From contig JAQGDQ010000902.1 in assembly GCA_030141605.1 (NCBI GenBank), positions 1-64,000 on the forward strand: DNA of 64,000 nucleotides. The letters are read 5' to 3'. The stretch comes from Tubiluchus corallicola (lineage: Eukaryota > Animalia > Priapulida). Below, piece by piece: positions 23,104-38,071 of the stretch; positions within the stretch are counted from its first letter, which is position 1; every line of letters starts with the position of its first letter. The notes beneath the pieces are model-generated. The model made no database searches, was not told where the DNA came from, and saw only the letters and a program-made list of their open reading frames with translations. The translations under genes were made by a program, and so were the position numbers.

Positions 23104-25940
23104 TTTCTCCTTCACACACAGTTTTTTATTTTGAAGTGCTTTTGTTTACAACGGTGAAAGGATACCCTGAAATTGCAGAAATCACGAATGCGCAAAACAA
23201 GTTGAACAAGTTGCCAGCCGTTCAGTTGCGATGTACTTATAGGTTAGTTGCTGACAACAGCTTATTGTGTGGTAGACTATATACAGCAAATACGACTATG
23301 AAGCAATGCTTTATATTTATTTATTCGTCTTAAACTCATCCTGTATGTACTTTGTGAAGTACTCATACAACCATTAAATCATAAAATCACATCATTACAT
23401 AAAATCTTTTTTTAATAAAACTCACAGTTGCATTCTTAAGGCATGATCGAAAAACATGCAGCTTACAAACATTGGAAATTTTTAAACAATTTTTCGCGTC
23501 ATGGCGAATTTTGTGTTAAGTGTTAAATAAATTTTATAGTTCGTAGTTCGTACTATTTCATAAGGATAAGTAACACCGGGCTTTGCTAATAAATGGATTA
23601 GTGGCAGTAACAAAAATTATTTCTGGGCACAAGTTTCCTCCCAACTAAATATCTCACTGAGGGAAGATGTATTCACTTCTGAATTCAATTGACTAACACG
23701 CACGCCATCAACATTAGCGGACCTGCATTAAATATGAAAACTTGCTTGCTTTAAGAACTATAATGAGGTCCCTAATACAGGTGCAGACCCACACCCTGAC
23801 ATGAAGTCACTCTGGGTAAAAATGTATTTCCAGATTTTTTAACAGTTTATTTGTAGTAAACCATTGACTTTCTGAATGAAAACAAATGGAAAACTCCATG
23901 CCCTACTCAGCCCTATCCCTATGTTAAGCCGGGTGTATATAGCTTCCCTCTTTTAATAATATTGGCATTTTTTCATCTTCAAATTTTTGAGCTTTTCAAC
24001 ACAAAAACAAGAGTTGCTTGCCTTGCTTTATCCCCTGTGTCATGCTTGACGATCATCCGTTTTCACCTTTCAGACCCAGGCTAAAATCACAGGGTTTCCA
24101 ACTGTGGCCCAAACCTATCCCAATATGCCATGATTAGTGATTGTAATTTCATTAATTTTAATTTCATACTGCAGACAGACAGACAGACAGACAAGCACGC
24201 ACATGAACTGAAAAATAGAGATACAATGATTAAATGTGTTGAAACCCGTCGGGACTTGAGATTTGCGTGACTTAGCCGCCAGAATTCGTTATAATGGAAA
24301 AATTAAACAAGTTTGGTTGTAATAAAAATTCTGACTAAAGTTACAATTCTAACAGACAACAAATTCGTGAAGTGGATTAGGATTAGGGTATTTAAACTGA
24401 GTGAGGAATTGTAAACTGCTTCCAAAATTCTAAATTGCTTTACGACTCGTTTACGTCATGTAGTAATTTTTCATTTTGTCTAGCCTTTGAAGCATGTTGA
24501 AGTACAAAACACGACAAACTTTTACCACTTCTCAGTCATTTGATTCTCATTGGGGAAAGAAATTTACAGCAGCTTGGGGTGTCTTAAACTACTTACAGTA
24601 AATATGGCAACTATAGTGTTTAATTTGTAGGTAAAATTCTGCAATTTAATTTTTACATTTTCAGTTAATTGAAAAAACTGTGGCCCCAAAAGTTGATACA
24701 CTCACGGCTTTTGTTCTTTGTCATCTATAACTTCACAAATCGAAGTTAAACCAGTTTAACCAAGTGACATAATTAGATTTTTTAATGACAAAATTGACCA
24801 GTAAGCTTAAAAGTCGCTACTTGTCAGCCTTGTAAGTTAAAATCAACTGATACCATTTGCCCAAACCACTAGAAAAAGATGCTTCGTAACTTACAAACGT
24901 TCAGCGGCTTTAAAATTTAAAGAAGCCGGATTTATATTAGAAACCCTCTTCGCTGCTTCACTTATTTGCAACGACAAGAGACAGTTATTTATTTTTTGCT
25001 TTTCTATAGATGATTTGTCTTCAACTCCTCATTTTATCACCAAAGAAGACATAAATTAAGTAGTGTAGGATTTCGCATTATGATTACAAGCTTGTAAAAT
25101 ACTGTAGCAGGTCATAGTGTCGTGTATGTATGATACCCATATGTTGTGGAATGGTCTAGCTCAGTTGTATTTTAGTCTAAACCGTAAAAGATGCTGTCTA
25201 GGTTAACACTGATGTACATACCAAACTGTAAAGCTGGAAACTTGAAGTTTAAATACGTCGACAAAATTCACCGCAGGTCTCTCTAGACTTATCTGGGACC
25301 AAAACTTTGTTACAAGTCATTTCTGTTCATTAAATTACTCACGGAGCGGGTCAGCTGTAGTCTGAAGTTTGGAACTTGGAGTTACGGCAATACAAATACC
25401 ATCAAATACGCATTGCTCATTACCTCAAGTGAGCTATAATATATTACAGGATTAGATCAGACAGTTTGAACAACATGATTTAGGATCCTCACCTCATCAA
25501 GCTATATACACTATTTACAAAAACATTTACTGTAAGCATTGACTGTACTTATTACTAGTTCCTACACAAGTGGGCTATGTTTAGCGTTTGGTTTGTTACA
25601 TACATGGGATTTACAAATACTGTAACAACAACAATTTCTGCTGGGTTTAACACCACTTGCACGTTTTCTGTTGTCAGGCATTTTTGTCTTAATCTTACTG
25701 TTAACGCCGCACAATTTCAATTAATAATTGGAGGCGTCGCCAAGAGAGGGTTCTGCTGTGGCGGACGCATGACGTGCATTCGTCAAGCATTGTTACACGG
25801 TCTTTACTTCACCTTGTGCTTAGCACGTGTCCATACACTGAGGTATTCAATCACAAGCGAGTGTAAAAATGATATCGGGGAGCCCCTGTTTTGGCACTGT
25901 GGCTAAAACTGGTCTCGGCTAACCCCCATTTTGACACTGG

Positions 25941-25957
25941 GACGCCCCCTGCTGGCA
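25941..25957 (-). promoter_or_regulatory. CTCF-like motif (TGCCAGCAGGGGGCGTC), reverse orientation
   Basis: Matches the CCASYAGRKGGCR core; may overlap the end of a small hAT-like MITE (25731-25952). Confidence 0.4.
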
Positions 25958-26286
25958 GCGTTTTACACGCAAATCAATAGAAATGGTGGCTTCATAGCGC
26001 CGGAGCGGTTGTACAGCTGATTCTAAGCGTCTCTACCTCATCTTCCATTCTGCTTATAACATAGTCGCTATTATGATTCACCCCTCTGATCAATAAATCG
26101 ATGAAAAGTTGATGACCGCCGCTTATAAACTGGTGTCATGTGATAATCGCTTAAGCGAAATCAAAATATCACAGAATAAAAATGGACAGGTCTAAGCAAA
26201 CTGTATAATTTGCTTTGCGTTAAAATTTAATTTAGAGCAAAGTGTACGAGTCACGTGACTAGTTGAATTCTACTTGTCATGTTGTT

Positions 26287-26828
<542 letters not shown>

Positions 26829-27982
26829 ACTTATATCAGTAAAATTAATCCATTAACAGAAGTTTGTGGGTCGTAGAACAGCGCTCTACAAGACTATAAA
26901 CCAGCAGCCAGTTTTGCCGATGAACATCAGAAGCCAGACATGCGAGCAAGCGAGTCATGAAATCATACATCATTTAACTCGTTCGCCACATGCTTGCGGC
27001 AAGCATAAATATAGATCATAAACGCAATCAGATGTGTATACAAATCTTGTTAGTGAGAGAATGTGCGATAAATAAAATAAATATAGGCAGGAACTCTGAG
27101 CAACATTTGATTCCGACTGTAACTCATCAAACCGTCTACTGTACCGCAGGAGGCTAATGTGTGAGATATTTGCTTTTATGAAAGCCAAGCTGATGTTATT
27201 TGTTTTTGTTAATTTTTTATATAAGTCATTATAATAAACACTACATGGTTTGCATTATATTGTTAGTAAGATTATGAGACAAACTGTTATCTTACAATTT
27301 AACTACGTCTAATGACTATTTCAAAAAATTCTTTCTTCAAAACACTTATAAGTACAGAACTTTATTTATTAATTGTACAAAGCGCTTTCAAACCCGATAA
27401 AACTAATCTTCTGTGGCGATATTTTATTTACTAATTTCACTAATGTTTTATTTTAATTGTTAATTATTTCATAGTCTAAATTGTTGTGCAATCATGCTTA
27501 ATTTCCAGTGATATGATATTACGTAAATTCACGTTTAATTTTTAATTAATTTTGTTTAATTTAATTGGATGTTAGTTGAGCAATGTGGGATAATCAATGC
27601 ATCAGTTATGTGAAACTGTCTGACTCAAGCCAATAAACTACATTTAAAATAAAATAACCATTATAATTAATTGTACTAATGGTTGTTAAAACAACTATTT
27701 ATCCTCTTTAGCCATGAAACTCTTATGTAACAGACATACCGCTCTGCTTTTCACTTAAATTAAAACTATTATTTTGTCTTTATCAACATAGTTGCCCTCA
27801 CGAATTGGATAACTATAATATAAAGATTTATCGTCTGTTTGCTTGCCTGTATGTCTGTCTGTCTTTACTAAAGTAACTAGTTTACTATAGAATAGGGGTA
27901 AATAGTTTTCTAAAACAAATTTAAAAACTGTTTTTATAATTGTTTTAAAGTGCATGTATAAATATTTTAAATGACTAAAATA

Positions 27983-28380
27983 AATGAATAAACGAATGAA
28001 AGAATGAATGAAGAAAGAAAAACAGCGAAAAAACGAAATGGAAAAAAGAGCAAACAATTTTACTAACAATTAGATGAATGAACAAAAAAAAGTCAAATGC
28101 GTGGACGATTGAATGAATGAAACTAGTAAATGAATAACTGAATGAATTATTGAATGAATGAACAAATGAATGCACGAATAAATACATGAATGGATAAATG
28201 AATGAATGAGCAAATGAATGCACGAATAAATACATGAATGGATAAATGAATGAATGAATGAATGAATGAATGAGTGAGTGAGTCAGTAAGTGAGTGAGTG
28301 AGTGGGTGAGTAAGTGAGTGAGTGAGTGAATGAGTGAGTCAGTGTGGTGAATGAATGAACAAATAAATAAATGAACGAAT
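27983..28380. repeat. (TGAA)n/(TGAG)n low-complexity tract
   Basis: Direct reading. Confidence 0.9.
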
Positions 28381-28752
28381 TAATCAATTAAATGACTGAA
28401 ATAAAGAATTAACAAACATTTCACAACCACATACAAGTAGAATTCAACTAGTCACGTGACTCGTACACTTTGCTCTAAATTAAATTTTAACGCAAAGCAA
28501 ATTATACAGTTTGCTTAGACCTGTCCATTTTTATTCTGTGATATTTTGATTTCGCTTAAGCGATTATCACATGACACCAGTTTATAAGCGGCGGTCATCA
28601 ACTTTTCATCGATTTATTGATCAGAGGGGTGAATCATAATAGCGACTATGTTATAAGCAGAATGGAAGATGAGGTAGAGACGCTTAGAATCAGCTGTACA
28701 ACCGCTCCGGCGCTATGAAGCCACCATTTCTATTGATTTGCGTGTAAAACGC

Positions 28753-28769
28753 TGCCAGCAGGGGGCGTC
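28753..28769 (+). promoter_or_regulatory. CTCF-like motif, forward orientation (mirror)
   Basis: tgccagcagggggcgtc. Confidence 0.4.
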
Positions 28770-31700
28770 CCAGTGTCAAAATGGGGGTTAGCCGAGACCA
28801 GTTTTAGCCACAGTGCCAAAACAGGGGCTCCCCGATATCATTTTTACACTCGCTTGTGATTGAATACCTCAGTGTATGGACACGTGCTAAGCACAAGGTG
28901 AAGTAAAGACCGTGTAACAATGCTTGACGAATGCACGTCATGCGTCCGCCACAGCAGAACCCTCTCTTGGCGACGCCTCCAATTATTAATTGAAATTGTG
29001 CGGCGTTAACAGTAAGATTAAGACAAAAATGCCTGACAACAGAAAACGTGCAAGTGGTGTTAAACCCAGCAGAAATTGTTGTTGTTACAGTATTTGTAAA
29101 TCCCATGTATGTAACAAACCAAACGCTAAACATAGCCCACTTGTGTAGGAACTAGTAATAAGTACAGTCAATGCTTACAGTAAATGTTTTTGTAAATAGT
29201 GTATATAGCTTGATGAGGTGAGGATCCTAAATCATGTTGTTCAAACTGTCTGATCTAATCCTGTAATATATTATAGCTCACTTGAGGTAATGAGCAATGC
29301 GTATTTGATGGTATTTGTATTGCCGTAACTCCAAGTTCCAAACTTCAGACTACAGCTGACCCGCTCCGTGAGTAATTTAATGAACAGAAATGACTTGTAA
29401 CAAAGTTTTGGTCCCAGATAAGTCTAGAGAGACCTGCGGTGAATTTTGTCGACGTATTTAAACTTCAAGTTTCCAGCTTTACAGTTTGGTATGTACATCA
29501 GTGTTAACCTAGACAGCATCTTTTACGGTTTAGACTAAAATACAACTGAGCTAGACCATTCCACAACATATGGGTATCATACATACACGACACTATGACC
29601 TGCTACAGTATTTTACAAGCTTGTAATCATAATGCGAAATCCTACACTACTTAATTTATGTCTTCTTTGGTGATAAAATGAGGAGTTGAAGACAAATCAT
29701 CTATAGAAAAGCAAAAAATAAATAACTGTCTCTTGTCGTTGCAAATAAGTGAAGCAGCGAAGAGGGTTTCTAATATAAATCCGGCTTCTTTAAATTTTAA
29801 AGCCGCTGAACGTTTGTAAGTTACGAAGCATCTTTTTCTAGTGGTTTGGGCAAATGGTATCAGTTGATTTTAACTTACAAGGCTGACAAGTAGCGACTTT
29901 TAAGCTTACTGGTCAATTTTGTCATTAAAAAATCTAATTATGTCACTTGGTTAAACTGGTTTAACTTCGATTTGTGAAGTTATAGATGACAAAGAACAAA
30001 AGCCGTGAGTGTATCAACTTTTGGGGCCACAGTTTTTTCAATTAACTGAAAATGTAAAAATTAAATTGCAGAATTTTACCTACAAATTAAACACTATAGT
30101 TGCCATATTTACTGTAAGTAGTTTAAGACACCCCAAGCTGCTGTAAATTTCTTTCCCCAATGAGAATCAAATGACTGAGAAGTGGTAAAAGTTTGTCGTG
30201 TTTTGTACTTCAACATGCTTCAAAGGCTAGACAAAATGAAAAATTACTACATGACGTAAACGAGTCGTAAAGCAATTTAGAATTTTGGAAGCAGTTTACA
30301 ATTCCTCACTCAGTTTAAATACCCTAATCCTAATCCACTTCACGAATTTGTTGTCTGTTAGAATTGTAACTTTAGTCAGAATTTTTATTACAACCAAACT
30401 TGTTTAATTTTTCCATTATAACGAATTCTGGCGGCTAAGTCACGCAAATCTCAAGTCCCGACGGGTTTCAACACATTTAATCATTGTATCTCTATTTTTC
30501 AGTTCATGTGCGTGCTTGTCTGTCTGTCTGTCTGTCTGCAGTATGAAATTAAAATTAATGAAATTACAATCACTAATCATGGCATATTGGGATAGGTTTG
30601 GGCCACAGTTGGAAACCCTGTGATTTTAGCCTGGGTCTGAAAGGTGAAAACGGATGATCGTCAAGCATGACACAGGGGATAAAGCAAGGCAAGCAACTCT
30701 TGTTTTTGTGTTGAAAAGCTCAAAAATTTGAAGATGAAAAAATGCCAATATTATTAAAAGAGGGAAGCTATATACACCCGGCTTAACATAGGGATAGGGC
30801 TGAGTAGGGCATGGAGTTTTCCATTTGTTTTCATTCAGAAAGTCAATGGTTTACTACAAATAAACTGTTAAAAAATCTGGAAATACATTTTTACCCAGAG
30901 TGACTTCATGTCAGGGTGTGGGTCTGCACCTGTATTAGGGACCTCATTATAGTTCTTAAAGCAAGCAAGTTTTCATATTTAATGCAGGTCCGCTAATGTT
31001 GATGGCGTGCGTGTTAGTCAATTGAATTCAGAAGTGAATACATCTTCCCTCAGTGAGATATTTAGTTGGGAGGAAACTTGTGCCCAGAAATAATTTTTGT
31101 TACTGCCACTAATCCATTTATTAGCAAAGCCCGGTGTTACTTATCCTTATGAAATAGTACGAACTACGAACTATAAAATTTATTTAACACTTAACACAAA
31201 ATTCGCCATGACGCGAAAAATTGTTTAAAAATTTCCAATGTTTGTAAGCTGCATGTTTTTCGATCATGCCTTAAGAATGCAACTGTGAGTTTTATTAAAA
31301 AAAGATTTTATGTAATGATGTGATTTTATGATTTAATGGTTGTATGAGTACTTCACAAAGTACATACAGGATGAGTTTAAGACGAATAAATAAATATAAA
31401 GCATTGCTTCATAGTCGTATTTGCTGTATATAGTCTACCACACAATAAGCTGTTGTCAGCAACTAACCTATAAGTACATCGCAACTGAACGGCTGGCAAC
31501 TTGTTCAACTTGTTTTGCGCATTCGTGATTTCTGCAATTTCAGGGTATCCTTTCACCGTTGTAAACAAAAGCACTTCAAAATAAAAAACTGTGTGTGAAG
31601 GAGAAATGTAGTGGGAACCCTTTCCAAAAGACGTGACGTAACTATGACGTCACGCACATACAGAATCAGTCACACACCCGAACCGGTGGTGGCTGCAGAA

Positions 31701-34700
31701 TGCATCATCCTTGTCACGCTTGTATACATGCTATGCTTATTATATTTTGTTATTACTTACTAAGCCAACATCAGGGTTATGTTACTTTTGTTGGGATCCG
31801 AGTTATGAGTTCACACGCATCACTGCATTAGAAGAACTAGCAAAAGAATTTTATTAAATGCAAACGTAGCAGAATAATTTTATCAAACGTAATCGCTTAG
31901 CCAAGAAATTTTGAAATTTTAACCGTTCCAGATATGATCGACCTACGAATGAGCAGTAATATAATTATTACGATTGCATGAAACCATGTTAACTTGAAGT
32001 TAACCGTTAAATGAGCATAATTGAGAATCAAGTCATGCCGTCACGTAAAAGTGTTAATATTATTATTATTATCCTCCTCATTACAAGTGTGTGACTTAAT
32101 GGGTGATGAACTGTAGTGAGAACCCCTTCCCAAAACACGTGACGTAAGTATGACGTCAGATAAGTATTTAAGAATCAGTCACACACCCGATCCGGTGGCG
32201 GCTGCAGAATACATCATCCTAGTTGTCACGCTTGTATTATGCTACACTTATTATATTTTATTAATAAACCGCCTTGTTATTACTTATACCAACATCAGGG
32301 TTGTGAACTTACGTTGGGATCCGAGTTATGAGTTCAGCCGCATCGCTACTGAAATCATTCTTTTCTATTACAATCAAAGTTGTTGGATAATCTACTTATT
32401 TTCGTTTTTGTATCATATCGGAACTATGCCAGTTTTTCTATCATATCGTTCCTATCAAAACTGAAATCTCAATCCGACATAGAAGATAAAAGAGTTCAGA
32501 ACATAAAACAACGTATTTCCATTTTTCCGTCCGTCCGTCTGTCTGTCTACCAGCACAATAAAATCAAAATTGATGAAGCTACATGCATAATCAATACGTT
32601 AGCACACGGATGTGTCAGAACAAGACCTGGAAACCGTAGCTTTTCGGTTAGAAAATGATGAAGGTCACAGGTGAAAAAATCTAAAAATACATTTTGTGCA
32701 CATATATATATATAGTGATTTCACGTGATGGCGTAGGCCTGTACCTCTTTTGAATGCTCTCTGCCCTAGCTCATTCTAGTTTGTGGATAAGAAATTTGTT
32801 AAAATGACAAAAAATATAGCTGTGTTACCGAGCTAACCAAGCGACCTAAAGTAGATAAACGAACGAACTATTAAAAAAGTTAATACTCACTTCTCTAGAA
32901 CGTATATGCTCCATGAATGTTAAAATGTTGACAAATATCATCAGAATTCGGTGCACATAATTGACAATGATGCGTACTATAATCCACAATCCAAAGAAGC
33001 TCCAATAGCGTACGCATGTCTTAGATCTATAATATTATAATCATCACTATGTAATTAACCTGATACAGCTTTTAATCGAATCCTATGAACACAAATCATC
33101 TGTCAGTAACCACAAAAATAATTATCTTCACTGAAAACCCTGACACACACAAACTTAGAAAGAGGAGCCCGTTAAGTCACACGTGTGGATGTGGTACTCC
33201 TTTCGCTGTTTCTTTTCTCCGGCTTCAGTCAATCTCACAGTCTTCTTACACGCAGCACAAACGGGGAATTGCCGCTGACACACAGAAACAGTGAATCATT
33301 AAACATTTATCTCGTATATAAGTTAAAAGTTGGACAGAGGCGTCACGTGTGTGACGTTTACTGCGCATGTGCATGTTGTTTGAGACACAGCCACAGTAGA
33401 CGAAAACGTGGCTGGCATACCTAAAAAAACTGGTCAACATCAACTAAATTTTAAACAAGTTGTTGGCAAAAAATATTAAAAATTAACTGCTTAAACAATT
33501 GGAAGGATATATTATCTCGAGTACAAAGGTGAACTGTTCTGAAATTATAGCTTTTGAATTTCAAATCACAGCAGCTACAAAAATACACGTACGTCTATTA
33601 TTGCACCTAACATAATTATGCATTGCATGATATCCACATGATTCACAAGAAAATATAGGCTGCAGCCTAGGGGCCCTCAAGCAGGCCTTACCAAAACCGG
33701 AAGACCCCCCTGGTTGAGGGGCCCTAGGCTGCAACCTATACTAGCCTATAAGATAATTTGACCCTGCCTGTATATATTGACATCATGCATGATTATATTA
33801 CATGCAATAATGGACATACATGCATTTTTGTAGCTACTGTGATTTGAAAATCAAAAGCTATGTTTGCATAATTTCACTGCTGTTGTGTTGAAATAATTAC
33901 GTGCTAATTTGGTTTGCCATAAATAGTAAAATAGTGGTATTTCTTGAAGAATATTTTTATTGAGAGACAAAAGATGGCTAGTCTACTTTATTTGAAAAAT
34001 TTGCAATAAGTTTACTTCAAGCTGTGTAGATGTCGCTGAAATATATGAGGAGTAAAAAATATTCAAGACGGGTGGCAGGTGAGTTAGAGGATGATTCCAT
34101 CTGAGGGGAGTCCATAATTTCATTAGCCTAGGGGCCTCAAAAGATCATAATCCGGCCCGGTATGCAGAGTTAACACACTTTTGAAATACTTTGTGAAATT
34201 GTGAGACACAAAGTTCTTTGAGCAAAATGACATTAAATTTACAACCGAGTGCATTCGGTAAAATGCGTGGCTTTGCAAATCATTCAGACTTAAAGCAATA
34301 CAATTTTCCAAAAAAATGTTTTGTAGCTTTTGCTAATTCATTTTTTTCAGGAAAAATGTTCTGAGTACAAGAATTTAAAACAAAAATTGCGATTACTGCA
34401 CAGCACCAGACCATGGTTATTGCGATTTTCTTGAATGAGAGAGAACAAGTCTTCCGCTTTGGTTTGTGAGCAGAAACATTTTGCAACATAGGGCATATCA
34501 TAGATTAAAATCAGAAATATAATTGACAGACAGGTAAACAAAAATAGTAAAGTAGGTTCTCTATAGTAGTTGCTTTCGTATTGGTGCGCTATGCAGAGTC
34601 CTATTTACGCAGTAGATTATACGTTCTCAATAAGTTTGCACCTGGTGGCGCTATCTACCGAAGAGAAGGTAAACTATCGAAATAAAAAAAATAAACAGAT

Positions 34701-35672
34701 GAAATGGCATGAATTTTTTATAATCATTAAAAACGATGGACAAGAATGAAAAAATAAATAATGTAAGAAAGACAAAAGGAACATGGGTGATTTTATAAAT
34801 TATGTAACAACTGCATTGAACTGAAGCCTGCATGTCCCTATTACCGATGTTCAGCTTGGCTATTATAATAAACCCAGTTGAGCCCGAATCCATCTTTTGA
34901 TTAAACTAATTCTAATTCTACCTTTAAATTTCACCTGTTATCCAAAAGCCTCTGCAGTTTAAACTATTTTAGATCATATTGATAAAAACTATTATAAGTT
35001 TTGCTATTTTCTGTTCTTTCGATTTAGTAAGTTGAGATTTCCACACACTGTATTGAACAGGTCAAGTTACACTTACACATGGTGTAGAAATGTCAAAAAA
35101 GCAGAGGCTGGACGAGCTGGTTCCAGTTTGTTCCAATTTATTAGTATGAAAGAAAATAAGAAGAAAAGAAACAGAGAAAGACAGAAATGCTGAACGACTA
35201 AAAGAAGAAAACAAACAAACAAGAATCAAAGACAGAAATGAATAAAATGAAAGATTCATTAAATGTGTGAGTTTTTAAACAGTTAATAAACATGGACATA
35301 AAATAAAAAAATAAAAAAATTAAATAAAAAAACAGTGAATAAGCGAATGAATGAAGGAATAAATAAATGAATCAATAAAGGAATGAATTAATTAATGAAT
35401 GAATGAATGAATGAATGAACGAACGAACAAAAATGAATGAATGATGAGTGAATAGATGAATGAATGAATGAATCACTGATGAGTGAATGAATGAACGGAT
35501 GAATGGAGAGAAAAAGAGAGAAAGAGAGAAGCGAGAGAGAGAGTGTGTGTGTGAGAGAGAGGAAGAGAGGGGGAGAGATTTCTGTCTGGAAGGTGTGAAC
35601 ATCAGACAATGCGTAAGAAAGTCAGCGCACACGGTTTCGCCTAACCATGAGGCCGAATGTAAGTGTTTATTT

Positions 35673-35904
35673 GTTGCTTGGAAACGGAGGACGCAGCAAG
35701 TTAAATAATTAATGTGATTCTGCAGTGATTATGTGATAAGAAAATGCCGAATACACAGCAATCAGTGTTTAGACTCAAGTGGAATAATGTCAATAACGGA
35801 ACGTAGTCGAAGTAAAAGATGCACTTCTGTTATGAGTTTTGCTTTATGTGTTTACTATGATGACCTGTTTTACTTCAAATTATTGAAAGATTCAAATTAG
35901 ACAG
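35673..35904 (+). promoter_or_regulatory. Candidate promoter (RFX X-box-like GTTGCTTGGAAAC) and non-coding first exon; mirror about 18811..19042 (-)
   Basis: Motif at 35673-35685; strong donor CAG|gtaaga at 35904/35905 upstream of the acceptor at 36457. Confidence 0.45.
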
Positions 35905-36471
35905 GTAAGATAAGAACAGAAGTATTACCAATTATGATTTGTGATTTAGTGATGAGAGACGAGAAAAACTTGTTAAAGTAATAATGGCGTACATGTACTG
36001 AAAAATTTTTATTCTTAATTATAGAACATTATAGAACATAGAAAAAAAAACAAATGCATTGTGTAATAAAGTAAACTTATTAATTAATAATTATTTTATT
36101 AAACCAAAATTATGGAAAAAGTTTAGCCAAATAACTGAAGGCAGGAAGTGGCCTAATTTTACTGCACTTATTCTAGATCTTTTATTATTTAAACAAAACA
36201 GATAAATTTTTCCTTGGCATCAGAAATCCAGGACACAAATTTTCTTAAAAATAAATAATATGATATAAATGCTTATGTGTAACTTGAGTATAACCTACAC
36301 ATTTGCAATGTATTAAAATTAAATATTAGTGAAGTTACCATAAAATATAGATGAGTGCTTTGAGAGAAAGCCACGTAACGATTGTGGATACTAGTGTTGT
36401 ATGTTGTAAAAACAGAGTAAGTTGTGGTTCCACGCAACTTTTGTCTTAATTTTGCAGAATCTAATATCATC

Positions 36472-36649
36472 ATGGGTAACAGTTCATCGAATGCAAAACA
36501 GGTGTCGGTAACAGATGTACGTGGATCACAGTCTAAATTCTCCAGCAGACCAGCTTCAAGAGTTTCTTCTCAAGGGAAGATTTCACAAGGGAAGCCATCA
36601 AGATCTGGTGCAGCTTTGTCAAAGGTCTCTGCACGGCAACGTGAAATAC
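36472..36649 (+). CDS. Coding exon 1 (MGNSSSNAKQ...RQREI)
   Basis: Acceptor ttttgcag ending 36457, ATG context atcATGG, donor C|gtaagt. Confidence 0.8.
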
Positions 36650-38015
36650 GTAAGTTCAACATTTATGTTGAAGTTAATTTATAAATCAGATATTATACTT
36701 TTTGTTTGGTTACATAGAGTTGAGAATCACTAATAAAAAAATCTCAGTACAAATAGAATTTTACTTTTTACTCTGCAGAAATTAATGAATGTATTTATTC
36801 AACCATAGTCATTACGTTAATACAGTATTCTGTACAAATAAATCATTGTTTTTAGGGGCTACATAATTAAACGTATATAGTCTTTTGAAACGCTTTATTT
36901 TTTATCATACTGCGCTCGGCTATATAGTTACTAACAAAAAGAAGTAATACGTGATATAGTCATAAAAATTGTTTAGTGTACATCTCGCGTGCGTTAAGGG
37001 CAAGGGCATGAAAAAGATGAAATAGAAGAAAACGCTTTGGAGATTTCTTGTATTGTTTAGTAGAGGCCTTTCTAAAATGTAGCAGGCGATCTAAATGCGC
37101 TGAATATATTCAGAATAGAAATCAACAAGCAATACATGCTTTTCCTCAGCGCAAGATATATTAAATAGCAAGAAATTAAGTCTTATAATTATAATCAATA
37201 CTTAGTGCATATTTTACCATCGTATTTATGTACAACAGCGAAACATGTTGCTGACACGTTTGTGAGAGACGCATAGAAGTCTCCCAAAGGAAACTTTTAA
37301 AGATAAGGTGGCAAGCCAAAAAAAAAAACAAGTTGGGTAGCTAAGACAAATAAAGTTGTTTAACATCTTTAACCAAATCTAGTTTAACGACCAGGAAAGC
37401 TTATGCTGTTAGCAGCTGCATATAGGACTGGTGTGATTATGCTAGTAAATGGTACTGCAACAGATAGGATGAGAATTTAATGATGATGATGATGAGGATG
37501 ATATGTCTAAACCATGATTTATTTTTCTTTTCAAAGTACTGTGAAATTATACATGACAGTACATGAATATTTATCATTGCGCAGTAAATCGAGTAAAGAA
37601 TTTCTTGAGATCAACATATTTTATTGAAAATTATGAAACGATGCAACTTAAAAATTGGTGTAACCTGTTAAGCCTTGTTACATTGCACAGATGGTTGTAC
37701 TTAATTTTGGTATCGCCCGGATGAATGTAAGTTTGCCATTTTAATATGATATGGTATAATTTGTATCGTGTTTGGTCATAAATATTTTAATGTTGTTTGA
37801 ATTAAAGAATTGCTATTCACACCATTAGCTGAGTTTACGCATAATTTACGATTGTCCATTATAATAACTGTTAGATTAATTAATGGCAGAATTTCAGTGG
37901 TTTTTAATAATAAATAATAAATGCAAAATGCATATGACAGTCTTATATTTATTTTATTTTAACTTAAATATTTGAAACTTCATTTAATCCAGGTAATGTT
38001 CTTTCTTTTCTGCTC

Positions 38016-38071
<56 letters not shown>

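Larger units (their letters stand above)
1..26277. repeat. Left arm of giant inverted duplication (continues beyond window start)
   Basis: Reverse complement of 28433..54723. Mirrored ORF pairs have constant coordinate sums (54724 outer; 54714/54715, 54707 and 54710 inward). Identity ends at ...gaattctacttgt (26277). Confidence 0.97.

Noticed and set aside
24374-24388. ggattaggattaggg telomere-like repeat near the palindrome centre
   Set aside because: Only two imperfect units; not evidence of a telomere fusion.
25577-25906. 109-aa ORF (mirror 28804..29133) and the other short track ORFs
   Set aside because: No recognisable domain, and it overlaps MITE-like sequence; its duplication is explained by the palindrome, not by conservation.
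36417-36457. Possible 41-nt 5'UTR intron (gtaagt...ttgcag)
   Set aside because: Very short, and a stronger donor exists at 35905; cannot be decided without RNA data.
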